A stretch of DNA of 64,000 nt from Candidatus Dormiibacterota bacterium (GCA_027313505.1 DAHVDN010000007.1:14110-78109); one strand, 5' to 3'. Shown: positions 1 to 9,112, counted from the stretch's first letter. The notes: generated by a model not told the origin, from the letters alone. Numbers and translations: made by a program.

Positions 1-485
1 CCGAAATTGGCCTCCACGAAGTAGATGTGATCGTTGGATGGGTAGGTCTTGGTGATGGGAGCCTGTCCCCCCCCGGAAATGTAGAGGGTGAAGTTCACCG
101 AGCTGCCCGCCGGAGTCGCCTTGAACGAGAAGCCAGCCAGTGCCTGGCGGGCCGTGGAGCTCGGCGTCCCCGGGTACAGCTGATAGGTGTAAGAGGCGTA
201 TGAGGTGGAGGAGAGAAGAGGGCCAGGTGTCGCAGAGCTACTCGGAGAAGCTGACGGCGACGGTGAGGTCGAAGGTGAAGGGCTGCCCGACGAGGAAGGG
301 GTCGGCGACGTGCCGCCACTGGGCGCCACCCCAGAGCCGTGGCCGCTGTTCAAACCCCCAGCGCCCGCGACCCCCAAGGATCCCGGGTTGGTGTACCCGT
401 GGACGGCCAGAACGGCCGCCACCACGGCCGCAGCCGAAATCGCGGCCGCGCCTCTACGGCCGACAGATTCGCCAGCTATCCGCAT
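1..485 (-). CDS. Secreted Ser/Pro-rich protein, 5' part only (gene runs off the window start)
   Basis: The minus-strand frame from ATG (complement of 483-485) translates cleanly: MRIAGESVGRRGAAAISAAAVVAAVLAVHG (signal-like), then an SPSPS linker, then YQLYPGTPSSTARQALAGFSFKATPAGSSVNFTLYISGGGQAPITKTYPSNDHIYFVEANFG. It has no stop before position 1, so it is absent from the ORF track. Confidence 0.45.
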   Translation of the reverse strand, partial: MRIAGESVGRRGAAAISAAAVVAAVLAVHGYTNPGSLGVAGAGGLNSGHGSGVAPSGGTSPTPSSSGSPSPSTSPSPSASPSSSATPGPLLSSTSYASYTYQLYPGTPSSTARQALAGFSFKATPAGSSVNFTLYISGGGQAPITKTYPSNDHIYFVEANF

Positions 486-579
486 CTTGGATCTCCCGAA
501 CACGCTCCCCGCTCCAACATGGTAATGGAGAGGGGGGAATCCCGACCCGGGTTGGAGATTGGTCCCTGCCCGTCCGTGG

Positions 580-1788
580 CTACGAATTGACCTCGATGAC
601 TGGGAGATGGTGGTGCTGCTGCAGGTAGCTCCTCACCGCCAGGAGCGCGGCCACCCCCTCGCCGACGGCGGACGCCAACTGCTTGGTCGACCGGGCCCGG
701 ACATCACCTGCCGCGAAGATCGCGGGCGTGGATGTGGCAAAAGAATCGTTGGTCTCGACGAATCCCCAGCGGTCCAAATTGGCCATCCCCTTCAGCAGCT
801 GGGAATTGGGGTCCAACCCGATGAAAATGAAGGCCGCAGCGGGGTGCCAGGAGCTCTCCTCGCCGGTGGCGCGGTTGACAGTGATCACCTCTTCCAGCCG
901 GCTTCTTCCCCGCAGCTCTTTGACAACTGTGTCGGTGTGGATCTCGAACCTCGGGTCTGCCCTCACCTTGTCCTGCAGGAGCCGTGATGCCGTTAACTCC
1001 GGGCCATCTTGGACGATCCGAATCCGCTTGGCGAACTTGGCCAAAAACATTCCCTCCTCGACCCCAGCGTTGCCCCCACCTATGACCAGTAGCTCCTCCG
1101 AACCACGGTAGAACGGGCCGTCGCAGGTGGCGCAGAAGTGGACACCGGCCCCGATCAGATCATCCTCACCCGGGACCCCGAGGCGCCGGTAGGTCGACCC
1201 CGTGCAGCAGAGTAAAGCGTGGGCCCTGAGCTGCTGGCCGGTTCCAAGGGTTACCTCCACGTCACCGCCCTCGATCTGAAGATCCGAGACGCTGGCCCCG
1301 GCCACCAATTCCACCTCGTAGCGGCGAGCCTGCTGGATAAATCGATCCATCAACTCCGCCCCGCCAATTCCCTCTGGGAAACCAGGATAGTTGTCAATCC
1401 GCTCGGTCACACTGGCGTTGCCACCTAGCCCCCCGGAATCGACCACCACCACGTCGATTCCCTCCCGCGCAGCGTAAATGGAAGCGGCCAGACCGGCCGG
1501 CCCACCTCCGACCACGACCAAGTCGTAGAAGCTACGCTCCGCGACAACTTTGATTCCCAACTTGGATGCCAGCTCCTCATCGGAAGGCTCCAACAGGTGG
1601 CTTCCGTCGTCAAAGGTGATGGTCGGTATCGACCTTCCCCCGTTCTGGAGCCGCTCCACAAAGGCGAGGCCATCCTGGTCTTGGTCGATGTCGACCCAGT
1701 TGAAGTCGACCCTGTGAGTGGCGAGGAAGGCCTTGCTACGTCTGCAATCCGGGCACCACGGAGCGCCGTAAACAGTTATCCCAGTCAT
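580..1788 (-). CDS. trxB: Thioredoxin reductase with N-terminal glutaredoxin/NrdH-like domain (fusion)
   Basis: The ORF track gives 580..1935, but the Grx-like N-terminus begins at Met codon 1786-1788 (MTGITVYGAPWCPDC, CPxC redox motif). AAAGGGGA lies upstream as an RBS. The TrxR body has VVVGGGPAGLAASIYAAR (FAD binding), CATCDG (redox-active disulfide) and LLVIGGGNAGVEEG (NADPH binding). Confidence 0.85.
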   Translation of the reverse strand: MTGITVYGAPWCPDCRRSKAFLATHRVDFNWVDIDQDQDGLAFVERLQNGGRSIPTITFDDGSHLLEPSDEELASKLGIKVVAERSFYDLVVVGGGPAGLAASIYAAREGIDVVVVDSGGLGGNASVTERIDNYPGFPEGIGGAELMDRFIQQARRYEVELVAGASVSDLQIEGGDVEVTLGTGQQLRAHALLCCTGSTYRRLGVPGEDDLIGAGVHFCATCDGPFYRGSEELLVIGGGNAGVEEGMFLAKFAKRIRIVQDGPELTASRLLQDKVRADPRFEIHTDTVVKELRGRSRLEEVITVNRATGEESSWHPAAAFIFIGLDPNSQLLKGMANLDRWGFVETNDSFATSTPAIFAAGDVRARSTKQLASAVGEGVAALLAVRSYLQQHHHLPVIEVNS

Positions 1789-2030
1789 CCCAGCATCCCC
1801 TTTCGTCAACCATGGCACGTACCCAACCGAGCAGCCAGCTCCGCCCGCCCAACCCCCAGCAGGTCTCACGTTCGGCGCCTGGCGGCCGAGCCGAGCATAC
1901 TGCCATCGGCCCCATCCGGCTCGCAGGAGATGCATGTAAACTGCGACATTCGGAGGATCGCAGGGCTGTCCACAGCTGATGTCAGGTGCAGCTTGAGGTC
2001 CCGCTTTGCTTCGGTGCTTAGACTGATCTC

Positions 2031-2594
2031 ATGGTCCTGATCACTAGAGGTGCGGTGGTGGAGTCGAGGCACTCCAGGGTGCAGAGAATCCTACTGGAGA
2101 TCCGGGAGCTCGGCGACACCATGCAGCAGCACACGGACGCCACCTCGCGGCGCTTGGGAATCAGCACCACGGAGGTGCGTGCACTCAATCTGGTGGCCCG
2201 ACGAGGCGCGGCGACGCCCACCGAACTTGGTCAGCACCTGGGGGTCACGAGCGGTGGGGTAACCGGCATCGTCGATCGACTGGAACGCTCCGGACACCTG
2301 CGACGAACCGATGACAGGCATGACCGGCGCAAGGTGCAGGTGGAGGTGACCGACACCGCTCGAACGGCGGCAAAGGAGACGCTCGGAGATCTCAACCGGG
2401 AGCTGACGTCGATCCTTTCCAAGCGTTCAATGGCTGAGTTGGGAACCATTCGCGATCTCCTCGCGGAGATTGACGCCGCAATCGCCGCCCATAGCGCCAG
2501 CCTGGACGGTCTCCTGCCTCCCCGACTGGAGACCGCCACAACGCAGCTCTCCGGAAGTGGCCAGGCCAGCGACTTAAACGAGCAAAGCTCCTAG
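2031..2594 (+). CDS. MarR-family transcriptional regulator
   Basis: Winged-helix MarR signature region LGISTTEVRALNLVARRGAATPTELGQHLGVTSGGVTGIVDRLERSGHLRR. It sits directly upstream of and co-directional with the carotenoid operon; CrtR of Corynebacterium is a MarR-type regulator of such operons. The true start may be internal (ATG at 2121). Confidence 0.75.
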   Translation: MVLITRGAVVESRHSRVQRILLEIRELGDTMQQHTDATSRRLGISTTEVRALNLVARRGAATPTELGQHLGVTSGGVTGIVDRLERSGHLRRTDDRHDRRKVQVEVTDTARTAAKETLGDLNRELTSILSKRSMAELGTIRDLLAEIDAAIAAHSASLDGLLPPRLETATTQLSGSGQASDLNEQSS

Positions 2595-2880
2595 TCCCAA
2601 GGTTCGTCTGGCCACGTTAAGGCCGTAACGGCCAGGTTGACGACTGCTCGGAACCGGCATCTCCGCATCTCATGCCAGCTCTCGATATTCCTTATGTACT
2701 AAGATACTTGCCAGATGAGCTATAAAGATAGAACCAAGGTTGGGAACGCCCTTCCAGGGATGGGTGGGGCCCGGGCTCGCTTGCTTGGGATCCGAAATCG
2801 CTGGACCGTGAGCACCCGCCGGTGATGAGGAGCAAGTGGGTGGATGGTCCGACAGACGCCGTGGTGCGCCCCGCCTTCCC

Positions 2881-3219
2881 ATGTGGGATGGAGGCGGGTA
2901 CTGTCGCAGGTGGCGTTGGTTGACTCGCTACCTCTACCTCTCGGCTCTGCTTCTGAGTTGGGCTAGCGTCGTCTGGTTGGATCGCCGCTTGGCTACCGGG
3001 GTCACTGGGCGGCGCTTGGTGCGAGCAATCCTGGTGACCCTCCCCCTCTTTCTTTGCTTCGACCTCGTGGGGGCATCCCGCGGCTGGTTCCACAGCAACC
3101 CGCACCTGAACTCGGTCATCTTCCCGCCTGGAATACCGCTGGAAGAGCCAATCCTGCTGGCCTTCCTGACCATGATCTCGATCGCGCTCTGGCGCGGGGC
3201 CGGTCGCTTGTTCCGATGA
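2881..3219 (+). CDS. Lycopene-cyclase-domain protein, subunit 1 of a heterodimeric carotenoid cyclase (CrtYe/CrtYg/CrtYc-like)
   Basis: About 110 aa with 3 TM segments and the conserved PxEE motif (GIPLEEPILLAF). An alternative TTG start at 2920 gives MTRYLYLSALLL. It ends in an ATGA overlap with the next gene (3216-3219). Confidence 0.7.
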   Translation: MWDGGGYCRRWRWLTRYLYLSALLLSWASVVWLDRRLATGVTGRRLVRAILVTLPLFLCFDLVGASRGWFHSNPHLNSVIFPPGIPLEEPILLAFLTMISIALWRGAGRLFR

Positions 3220-3488
3220 GGCAGTACACCCTGGCTTGTCTCATAGCTCTCGGTGGTGCACTTTTGGTCTCCGGCTGGAGGGGCCGGCTCCGAGACCGAT
3301 CCGTCTGGGTCGGTCTGGCCCTCTTCTCCCTGCTCACGATCGGGGCCGATGTCGCCCTCACCGAGATCGGAGTTTTCAGCTACGCTCCCCAATTCCTCAG
3401 CGGCATCCGGATCGTCCGGATGCCGCTCGAGGACCTTCTCTATGGAATGGCGCTGTACCTGACCGCGGTAACTGTCTGGGCCTGGTGA
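3216..3488 (+). CDS. Lycopene-cyclase-domain protein, subunit 2 of the heterodimeric carotenoid cyclase (CrtYf/CrtYh/CrtYd-like)
   Basis: 90 aa: MRQYTLACLIALGGALLVSGW...RMPLEDLLYGMALYLTAVTVWAW, carrying the PLED(D/E) cyclase motif. The start is set at the ATG overlapping the upstream stop; the ORF track gives a longer 3054..3488 frame whose N-terminal part is R/P-rich. Confidence 0.7.
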   Translation: MRQYTLACLIALGGALLVSGWRGRLRDRSVWVGLALFSLLTIGADVALTEIGVFSYAPQFLSGIRIVRMPLEDLLYGMALYLTAVTVWAW

Positions 3489-4483
3489 GTTCGGTGCGCA
3501 GCCTGCTGGTCGCCAGCCGCCCATTCAGCTGGATAAACACCGGCCTCCCCTTCCTGGCAGCCGCACTTTCTGTGAAGTTATCTGCAAGTCCGACCGTGGT
3601 CGTGGGCACCCTCTACTTTCTGGGTCCGTACAACCTTCTTCTCTACGGGGTGAACGACCTGTTCGACTACCAGTCGGATCGGCTCAATCCTAGGAAGGGG
3701 GGAAGGATCGAGGGTGCCCGACTGGACCCGGGGCGCGGGCGCCTTCTGTGGTTCGCGATCGCGGTCACGAACTTACCTCTGCTGGCGGTAACCGCCGCGC
3801 TAGGGGGTTGGGGGCTGGCAGGGGCTCTGACCGCCACAGTGGCGGCGGCACTCGCCTATTCGACTCCCCCGCTCCGCACCAAGGTGATCCCTGTGCTCGA
3901 CTCGTTGACCAGCTCTTCGCACTTTGTGCTGCCCGCAGTCTGTGGCCTGTTGGCAGCCGGCCTTCCGCTCCAAGAGTTTCCCGGGCGGATCCTCGTCGCA
4001 TTCTTCCTCTGGGGGGCGGCTTCGCATGCTTTGGGGGCGATTCAGGACGTTCGGTTCGACCGTGCCGCCGGGATCGGCTCGGTCGCCACCGCTTTCAGCG
4101 CTCGACCGACCGCCGGGTTGGCCACCGTCACCTATGCGGCCGCTGCGTTGGCTCTCGGCCTCGGAGGTGGGCTGGAAGCACTCGCAGCCGTAGTCGTCAT
4201 CCCTTACGTCCTGCTCGCGGCATCCTGTTTGGTCGGGGATCCGGAACGTCAGTCCCGCCGTGCCTGGCGTGGATTCATGGGGATGAATCTGCTGGCTGGG
4301 TTCTTCATCACCCAACTGCTGCTGCGTCAGTGGGGAGTGGAGCATTTCAGCCCCCTGGACCTGGCCTGGGCTCCCACCGCTGCCGCCGGGGCGATGGTCG
4401 CAAGCATGTGGCTGTGCGACCTGAGTCTGCGCCGGAGGGCAGTCCCCGAACGCCCGGGTCCGACCCCACGGCGACGATCATAG
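3485..4483 (+). CDS. UbiA-family prenyltransferase, probably lycopene elongase (CrtEb/CrtE2/LbtA-like)
   Basis: Polytopic membrane protein with the Asp-rich NDLFDYQSD motif typical of UbiA prenyltransferases. The GTG start at 3485 overlaps the upstream TGA (GTGA). Position immediately after the two cyclase subunits mirrors crtYe-crtYf-crtEb in C50 carotenoid clusters. Confidence 0.7.
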   Translation: MSSVRSLLVASRPFSWINTGLPFLAAALSVKLSASPTVVVGTLYFLGPYNLLLYGVNDLFDYQSDRLNPRKGGRIEGARLDPGRGRLLWFAIAVTNLPLLAVTAALGGWGLAGALTATVAAALAYSTPPLRTKVIPVLDSLTSSSHFVLPAVCGLLAAGLPLQEFPGRILVAFFLWGAASHALGAIQDVRFDRAAGIGSVATAFSARPTAGLATVTYAAAALALGLGGGLEALAAVVVIPYVLLAASCLVGDPERQSRRAWRGFMGMNLLAGFFITQLLLRQWGVEHFSPLDLAWAPTAAAGAMVASMWLCDLSLRRRAVPERPGPTPRRRS

Positions 4484-5484
4484 TTTCGGCCGAGGCCGGA
4501 GGGCGCGACCTTCTCAGTTGTCTGAGGTCCCTCAGCGATCAGCGCTATGCCGGAGCGGTCGAGCTCTTGGTGATAGTCGATCGGGATGTGCCGATTGACC
4601 TTCCCGTCCTGCCTTCGTCCCGGCTGGTGCACACTCCGCGTAGAGCGGACCGGTGGGAGCGCGGGGCCCGGTCGCCATGGCACGGATATCGCAACTCAAG
4701 AGGTGAGGTTTTAGTCCTAGTTGGGGCGGAGACCCTGCTGCAACCCGATGCTCTCGACGGCCTGGTGGAAGAGCTCCGACGTCAAGGGGGTGGCCTGGTG
4801 ACCTTGCTCCCCCGTCATCCGGCCAGTGCGGCAGCGGAGGCGGCGCTCAACTCGGGCGTCACCCTAGCCCAGCGGTGCTGGCTTCCGTTGACCTTCCAGG
4901 GCCGACTCATGAGCCGTTTGCTGGGACCGGTCCTGGCAAATGGGCGCTGCACAGCACTCACCCGGAGCAGCTACGAGGCTGCGATCAACCGCGACCCGGA
5001 CGGCACCTCAGCCCGCAGCCAGTCTGGGCTTTTCCAGGTGATGGCCCACTCTGGGGTAGTTGTGCGAGTGCGCGAAGGGATCAACCTGGTAACAGACTTT
5101 GGCTGCCGGTCGCTCCCGGAGACCGCGTCATCGTTCCGGCGCAACTACCACAGGTTGAGCGGCAACTCACTACCGATCGCGCTGCTGGGCCTCATCGGCG
5201 TCGTGTTAACTCAGCTTCTGCCGCAGGCGCTACCCGTTGCGGCCTGGTTTGCGAACGATCGCTCCGCGTTGGCGGCGTCGCTCTTCGCCCTCGCGCTGCT
5301 CTGCTGGCCGCGGGTCTCAGTGGCCCTTCGCGGACGCGAAACGCTCTTGGGCCTCATCTGGCATCCGCTCACATGGCTTGCGGTCCTGGCGCTGCAGTCC
5401 TACTCCATCTTCGACAGAATGTGCGCTCGCGGCGCGATGAGCGAGCACCAGCCGGTCAGCCGCATGGTCGGAGTGGCGCGGTGA
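4414..5484 (+). CDS. GT2-family glycosyltransferase with C-terminal TM region (carotenoid glycosyltransferase, CrtX/CrtQ-like)
   Basis: N-terminal TATIIVSAEAGGRDLLSCLRSLSDQRYAGAVELLVIVDRDV (GT2 Rossmann beta1 and DxD region), and two or more C-terminal TM helices. The start is uncertain (GTG at 4408 or 4414) and must precede the IIVSA strand, so it overlaps the prenyltransferase 3' end by about 70 nt. The long 3748..5484 track ORF is an R-rich artefact upstream. Confidence 0.65.
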   Translation: MRPESAPEGSPRTPGSDPTATIIVSAEAGGRDLLSCLRSLSDQRYAGAVELLVIVDRDVPIDLPVLPSSRLVHTPRRADRWERGARSPWHGYRNSRGEVLVLVGAETLLQPDALDGLVEELRRQGGGLVTLLPRHPASAAAEAALNSGVTLAQRCWLPLTFQGRLMSRLLGPVLANGRCTALTRSSYEAAINRDPDGTSARSQSGLFQVMAHSGVVVRVREGINLVTDFGCRSLPETASSFRRNYHRLSGNSLPIALLGLIGVVLTQLLPQALPVAAWFANDRSALAASLFALALLCWPRVSVALRGRETLLGLIWHPLTWLAVLALQSYSIFDRMCARGAMSEHQPVSRMVGVAR

Positions 5485-7004
5485 CCGTCGGACTTCCGCA
5501 GGCGGCCATGCTCAAGCGAACGGGCGAGTCGAGGAGGCGTGTCGCCGTGATCGGCGCCGGGCTGGGAGGGCTGGCCGCCGCGCTGCGACTGCAAGCGGCC
5601 GGTTTGGAGGTCCAAGTCCTAGAGGCATGCGCAACTCCTGGGGGCCGGGCCGGCCAGATTCAAGCGGACGGATTCACCTTTGACACAGGCCCATCGCTTA
5701 TCACCATGCCCGAACTGCTCGACGAGCTCTTCCGTCTGGCGGGCACGACCACTCGGGAGCAGCTGACCCTGCATCGACTCGATCCCTTCTACCGCATTCA
5801 TTGGCACTCCGACCCAAGGTGGTTCGACTTCAATGGTGACCCGGACGCCATGGCTGAACAAATCGGGAAGTTCAGCCCGGCTGACGCCCGACGCTATCCC
5901 GATTTCATCAAGGCCAGTCGCAGGATCCACCACGAGGCCATCCTGGCCGCCGGCCGAATGCCGTTTCTCAGCCTTGGCGACCTCATTGGGCTGGTACCAA
6001 AGATGGTCCGGCTGGATGCCCTGCGCTCGGTCGACCGCTTCGTCGGACGCTTCTTCAAGGAGCCCCACGTGAGGCAGGCATTCTCCTTTCACCCTCTTTT
6101 CATAGGCGGAGATCCCTTCCGAGTGCCCGCCGTATATGCCGCCCTGGCATACCTTCAGATCGAGTCCGGCGTCTGGTACTCGGATGGCGGCGTCCACTCC
6201 CTGGTTAAGGCGCTGACAGCCCTGGTGGAACGTGGCGGGAGGATTGCCTATGGAGATCCTGCTGTAGAGATCCTGCAAATAGGTGGCCGGGTGAGGGGGG
6301 TCCGGACGAGCTCGGGTGAGGTGCACCCCGCGGACTTCGTGGTCAGCAATGCCGATGTGCTGGAAACCCAGCGGCTCCTCCTCCGGGAATCCCCCGCCAG
6401 AGAGCCCACGCTGACGATGAGCTGCTTTCTTCTCTATTTGGGAACCGATAGGCGGTTCCCGCAACTGGCGCACCACACCCTGTTGGTCGGCGAGGACTTT
6501 CGGGGGTTCATCGGAGACGTAAGGCGGAATGGGAGGCTCGGCGCCTCGCCAAGCCTCTATGTTCACGCGCCGGCACGCACCGAGAGGGCCATGGCACCTC
6601 TCGGGGGAGACTCTCTCAGCGTGCTGCTGCCAGTTCCGAACCTCCGATCGAGCACTGATTGGCACCAAGCCGAGACCAAGGTGCGCCAGCAGGTGATCGA
6701 GGCCATGGAGAGTCCGAGCGGCTTGGGCATGGGGGGACTGCGACAGTCCGTGACCCTGGAGCGCAGATGGACTCCGCTGGACTTCAGGCGACAGCTCAGG
6801 GCCGCATCTGGAAACGCTTTCGGGCCCGAGCCGACTCTTCTCCAATCCGCGTATTTCCGCCAACCCAACAAGGACCGGAGAGTCCAGGGGCTGTTTCATG
6901 TTGGTGCCGGGACCCATCCGGGCGCGGGGATTCCCGGGGTGCTACTGGGGGCGGAGATCACCTCCGGCTTGCTGCTGGAGGAGGTTGGCGCGTGGCGGCG
7001 GTAG
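5481..7004 (+). CDS. crtI: Phytoene desaturase
   Basis: Dinucleotide-binding N-terminus RRRVAVIGAGLGGLAAALRLQAAGLEVQVLE and CrtI-like body ending GAGTHPGAGIPGVLLGAEITSGLL. The GTG at 5481 overlaps the upstream TGA (GTGA); an alternative ATG lies at 5508. The 4875..7004 track ORF is an upstream artefact extension. Confidence 0.85.
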   Translation: MTVGLPQAAMLKRTGESRRRVAVIGAGLGGLAAALRLQAAGLEVQVLEACATPGGRAGQIQADGFTFDTGPSLITMPELLDELFRLAGTTTREQLTLHRLDPFYRIHWHSDPRWFDFNGDPDAMAEQIGKFSPADARRYPDFIKASRRIHHEAILAAGRMPFLSLGDLIGLVPKMVRLDALRSVDRFVGRFFKEPHVRQAFSFHPLFIGGDPFRVPAVYAALAYLQIESGVWYSDGGVHSLVKALTALVERGGRIAYGDPAVEILQIGGRVRGVRTSSGEVHPADFVVSNADVLETQRLLLRESPAREPTLTMSCFLLYLGTDRRFPQLAHHTLLVGEDFRGFIGDVRRNGRLGASPSLYVHAPARTERAMAPLGGDSLSVLLPVPNLRSSTDWHQAETKVRQQVIEAMESPSGLGMGGLRQSVTLERRWTPLDFRRQLRAASGNAFGPEPTLLQSAYFRQPNKDRRVQGLFHVGAGTHPGAGIPGVLLGAEITSGLLLEEVGAWRR

Positions 7005-7822
7005 TGGCACCTGCGATCCAGCCATATCTGGATCGGGCGGTCGAAACGACCAATAGGGTGGCCAGAACCTTTGCATTGGCCACACGCCTACTTCCTCGTG
7101 AGGTGCGCCCGGATGTTTACCTTCTCTACCTGGTGTGTCGCCAGCTGGACGACCTGGTCGACTTTCAAAAGCCCGACGCTGAACGGCGTTTGGGCTGGGT
7201 GGCGAGGTGGGCTGAGCGAGGAGAGGTGCGGGGCCCGGAAGCGGAGATCCTGCAACATCTAGCGGATCGCTATCCAACTCTCCCCCGCGATGCGGTCACC
7301 GACTTCTGCGAGGGCCAGCGTCAGGACATGGGGACGCTTGTCGTCGACACTGAGGCCGATCTGGATCTCTATGCCTACCGAGTTGCTGGCACTGTGGGCC
7401 GCCTGATGGCGACAATCCTGGGTGCCGAAACAGAAGCTGCAGACGAGGCATCTCGCGCCCTGGGGATCGCCATGCAGAGAACCAACATTCTTCGTGACAT
7501 CGATGAGGACCTGGCCCGCGGGCGAGTCTACATCCCGGCTCAGGCCCTGGCTATGGCTGGCGTTCAGGACCTTGCCAGGGACGATCGCACGCTGCTGCTC
7601 CGGGTCGAGATTGCAGTCGCGGACCATTGGTACGAGCTGGGACTCCCGGGAAGCTCCCTGCTCAAGCACGGCGGCAGGCAGGTTCGGGCCGCCGGCGTCA
7701 TGTACCGCCAAATTCTGCGCCAGATCGAACGGGAGGGGCGGGGGGTTCAGCGACCGAAGAGGGTCGTGGTCCCATCGCACCGCAAGCTGCTCGGGTTGGT
7801 CCAGGGATTGGTTCAACCTTGA
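7004..7822 (+). CDS. crtB: Phytoene synthase
   Basis: Squalene/phytoene synthase motifs YLLYLVCRQLDDLVD (Asp-rich 1) and RTNILRDIDEDLARGRVYIP (Asp-rich 2). The GTG start at 7004 overlaps the crtI TAG by 1 nt; an alternative GTG lies at 6992. Confidence 0.85.
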   Translation: MAPAIQPYLDRAVETTNRVARTFALATRLLPREVRPDVYLLYLVCRQLDDLVDFQKPDAERRLGWVARWAERGEVRGPEAEILQHLADRYPTLPRDAVTDFCEGQRQDMGTLVVDTEADLDLYAYRVAGTVGRLMATILGAETEAADEASRALGIAMQRTNILRDIDEDLARGRVYIPAQALAMAGVQDLARDDRTLLLRVEIAVADHWYELGLPGSSLLKHGGRQVRAAGVMYRQILRQIEREGRGVQRPKRVVVPSHRKLLGLVQGLVQP

Positions 7823-7906
7823 TCGCGAGAGGCCCCGGTTCTCATCGGGCCACCGGCGGCCGCTGACACCGACCCCGGTCGCGGTAAGGCCCGAGCCCCA
7901 ATAGGA

Positions 7907-9031
7907 TCAGGCCGGCTGGCGCCCCTCGACCGCGCCCAAAAGGTCGCCGATCGTCAGGGGGACCGCCGCGGGAGCGACTCCGACCTGCTGACTGGCCACG
8001 GACTGCCCCGGCACCAGGGTGGAGCACAGTTCACGCGGGGTGGGCGTGACTGGGCTCACCGCGTCCGTGAGGAACCGACGCATTTTCAGAGCAAGCCAGC
8101 CTGCCGCGCCCGCGGGCAGGGCCACCATCAGATCGAGGATCTGCACCTCGAGCCCGAGGGCTAAAACCCCAGAGATGGGAAGCCCGGCCAGGGCGAGCCC
8201 TCCCGCCCACCACACCTGTGACGTCCCGAGGCCGCCAACGCCCTGAATGGGCAGGGCGAACAGCAGGGTGCGCACCGCCAGAGCGAGCCAAACCTGCCAT
8301 AGGCTGAGATCGGCCCCCAGCGCCCAGAATAGGCAGAGATATTCCACCGCTGCCATAAGGCGCGCTCCCAGCGTCGCGGCGATTAGGGCAACGACTACCC
8401 GCCATCCGGTCAGCTCATCCAGCGCCGCCTCCGCCCTGACCGCAAACGGCTGACAGTGCCGGATCCGCCCCACCCGGGACAGTAGCCAGCGGCGCGAAGG
8501 CTTGACGAAGACCGCCGCCATGGAGAAGCAGAGAACCGTGGCGAGCCCGATCGAGGCAAGGCGCACGGATGTCGGCAGCCGCACCCCCGCCAGATCGGCG
8601 GAGACCAGGAGAATTAGCGCCAGACTAGCCACGTCCAGCAGGCGGGAGATGAGGGCGCTGCCCGTGCCGCGGCTCAGGCTGGACCGAAGGTTTGTGCGCG
8701 AAAGCACGACGAATGTGGCATCGCTGCCCGGGCCAGGTAGCAACTGTCCAGCCCCCCAGCTCGCTGCGGTCACACCCAGTACTGCCCCGATCGATCCTCG
8801 TCCGAGCAGGGTGCGATAGCGCCAAGCGCGCATGGTGACATATCCGCAACCTACCAATGCTCCGACCGCGAACAAGCCCCAGGAGAGGTGCGTCAGCGCC
8901 TGCCCGACCCGCTCAAGAGAGATCTTGGAGATCACCAGCTCTAGGAGCCCAGCCCCTACCAGCGTTCCCACTAGGAGGCGGTTACGGGGTTTCCTCAAAG
9001 CGCCAGCCAGGCGCGCCGGGACTCCATTCAT
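7907..9031 (-). CDS. Polytopic membrane protein, lysylphosphatidylglycerol-synthase-TM / flippase-like (UPF0104) family
   Basis: Eight or more predicted TM helices, rich in G/A/L. The architecture resembles flippase-like domains often found beside GT2 enzymes. The family assignment is by resemblance only. Confidence 0.55.
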   Translation of the reverse strand: MNGVPARLAGALRKPRNRLLVGTLVGAGLLELVISKISLERVGQALTHLSWGLFAVGALVGCGYVTMRAWRYRTLLGRGSIGAVLGVTAASWGAGQLLPGPGSDATFVVLSRTNLRSSLSRGTGSALISRLLDVASLALILLVSADLAGVRLPTSVRLASIGLATVLCFSMAAVFVKPSRRWLLSRVGRIRHCQPFAVRAEAALDELTGWRVVVALIAATLGARLMAAVEYLCLFWALGADLSLWQVWLALAVRTLLFALPIQGVGGLGTSQVWWAGGLALAGLPISGVLALGLEVQILDLMVALPAGAAGWLALKMRRFLTDAVSPVTPTPRELCSTLVPGQSVASQQVGVAPAAVPLTIGDLLGAVEGRQPA

Positions 9032-9112
9032 CGCCCACAGTGTGGCGTCCCTGTCCCCAATCCTCCTTAGTTGGAGCTGAGACTCCAGTGCTTCGGGAGG
9101 GAGATTCCTCGG

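Noticed and set aside
3748-5484. 578-aa track ORF spanning the prenyltransferase and GT2 region
   Set aside because: The N-terminal 220 aa are Arg/Gly/Pro-rich and antisense-like, in a different frame over the real UbiA gene. Only the C-terminal GT2 portion (from ~4414) is credible.
5619-6917. 432-aa minus-strand ORF
   Set aside because: Fully antisense to crtI with high-GC shadow-ORF composition (R/G/P/A rich); no motifs.
4875-7004. 709-aa track ORF extending crtI 200 codons upstream
   Set aside because: The upstream extension is R/P-rich and overlaps the GT2 gene. The dinucleotide-binding motif lies right after the GTG 5481 / ATG 5508, fixing the start there.
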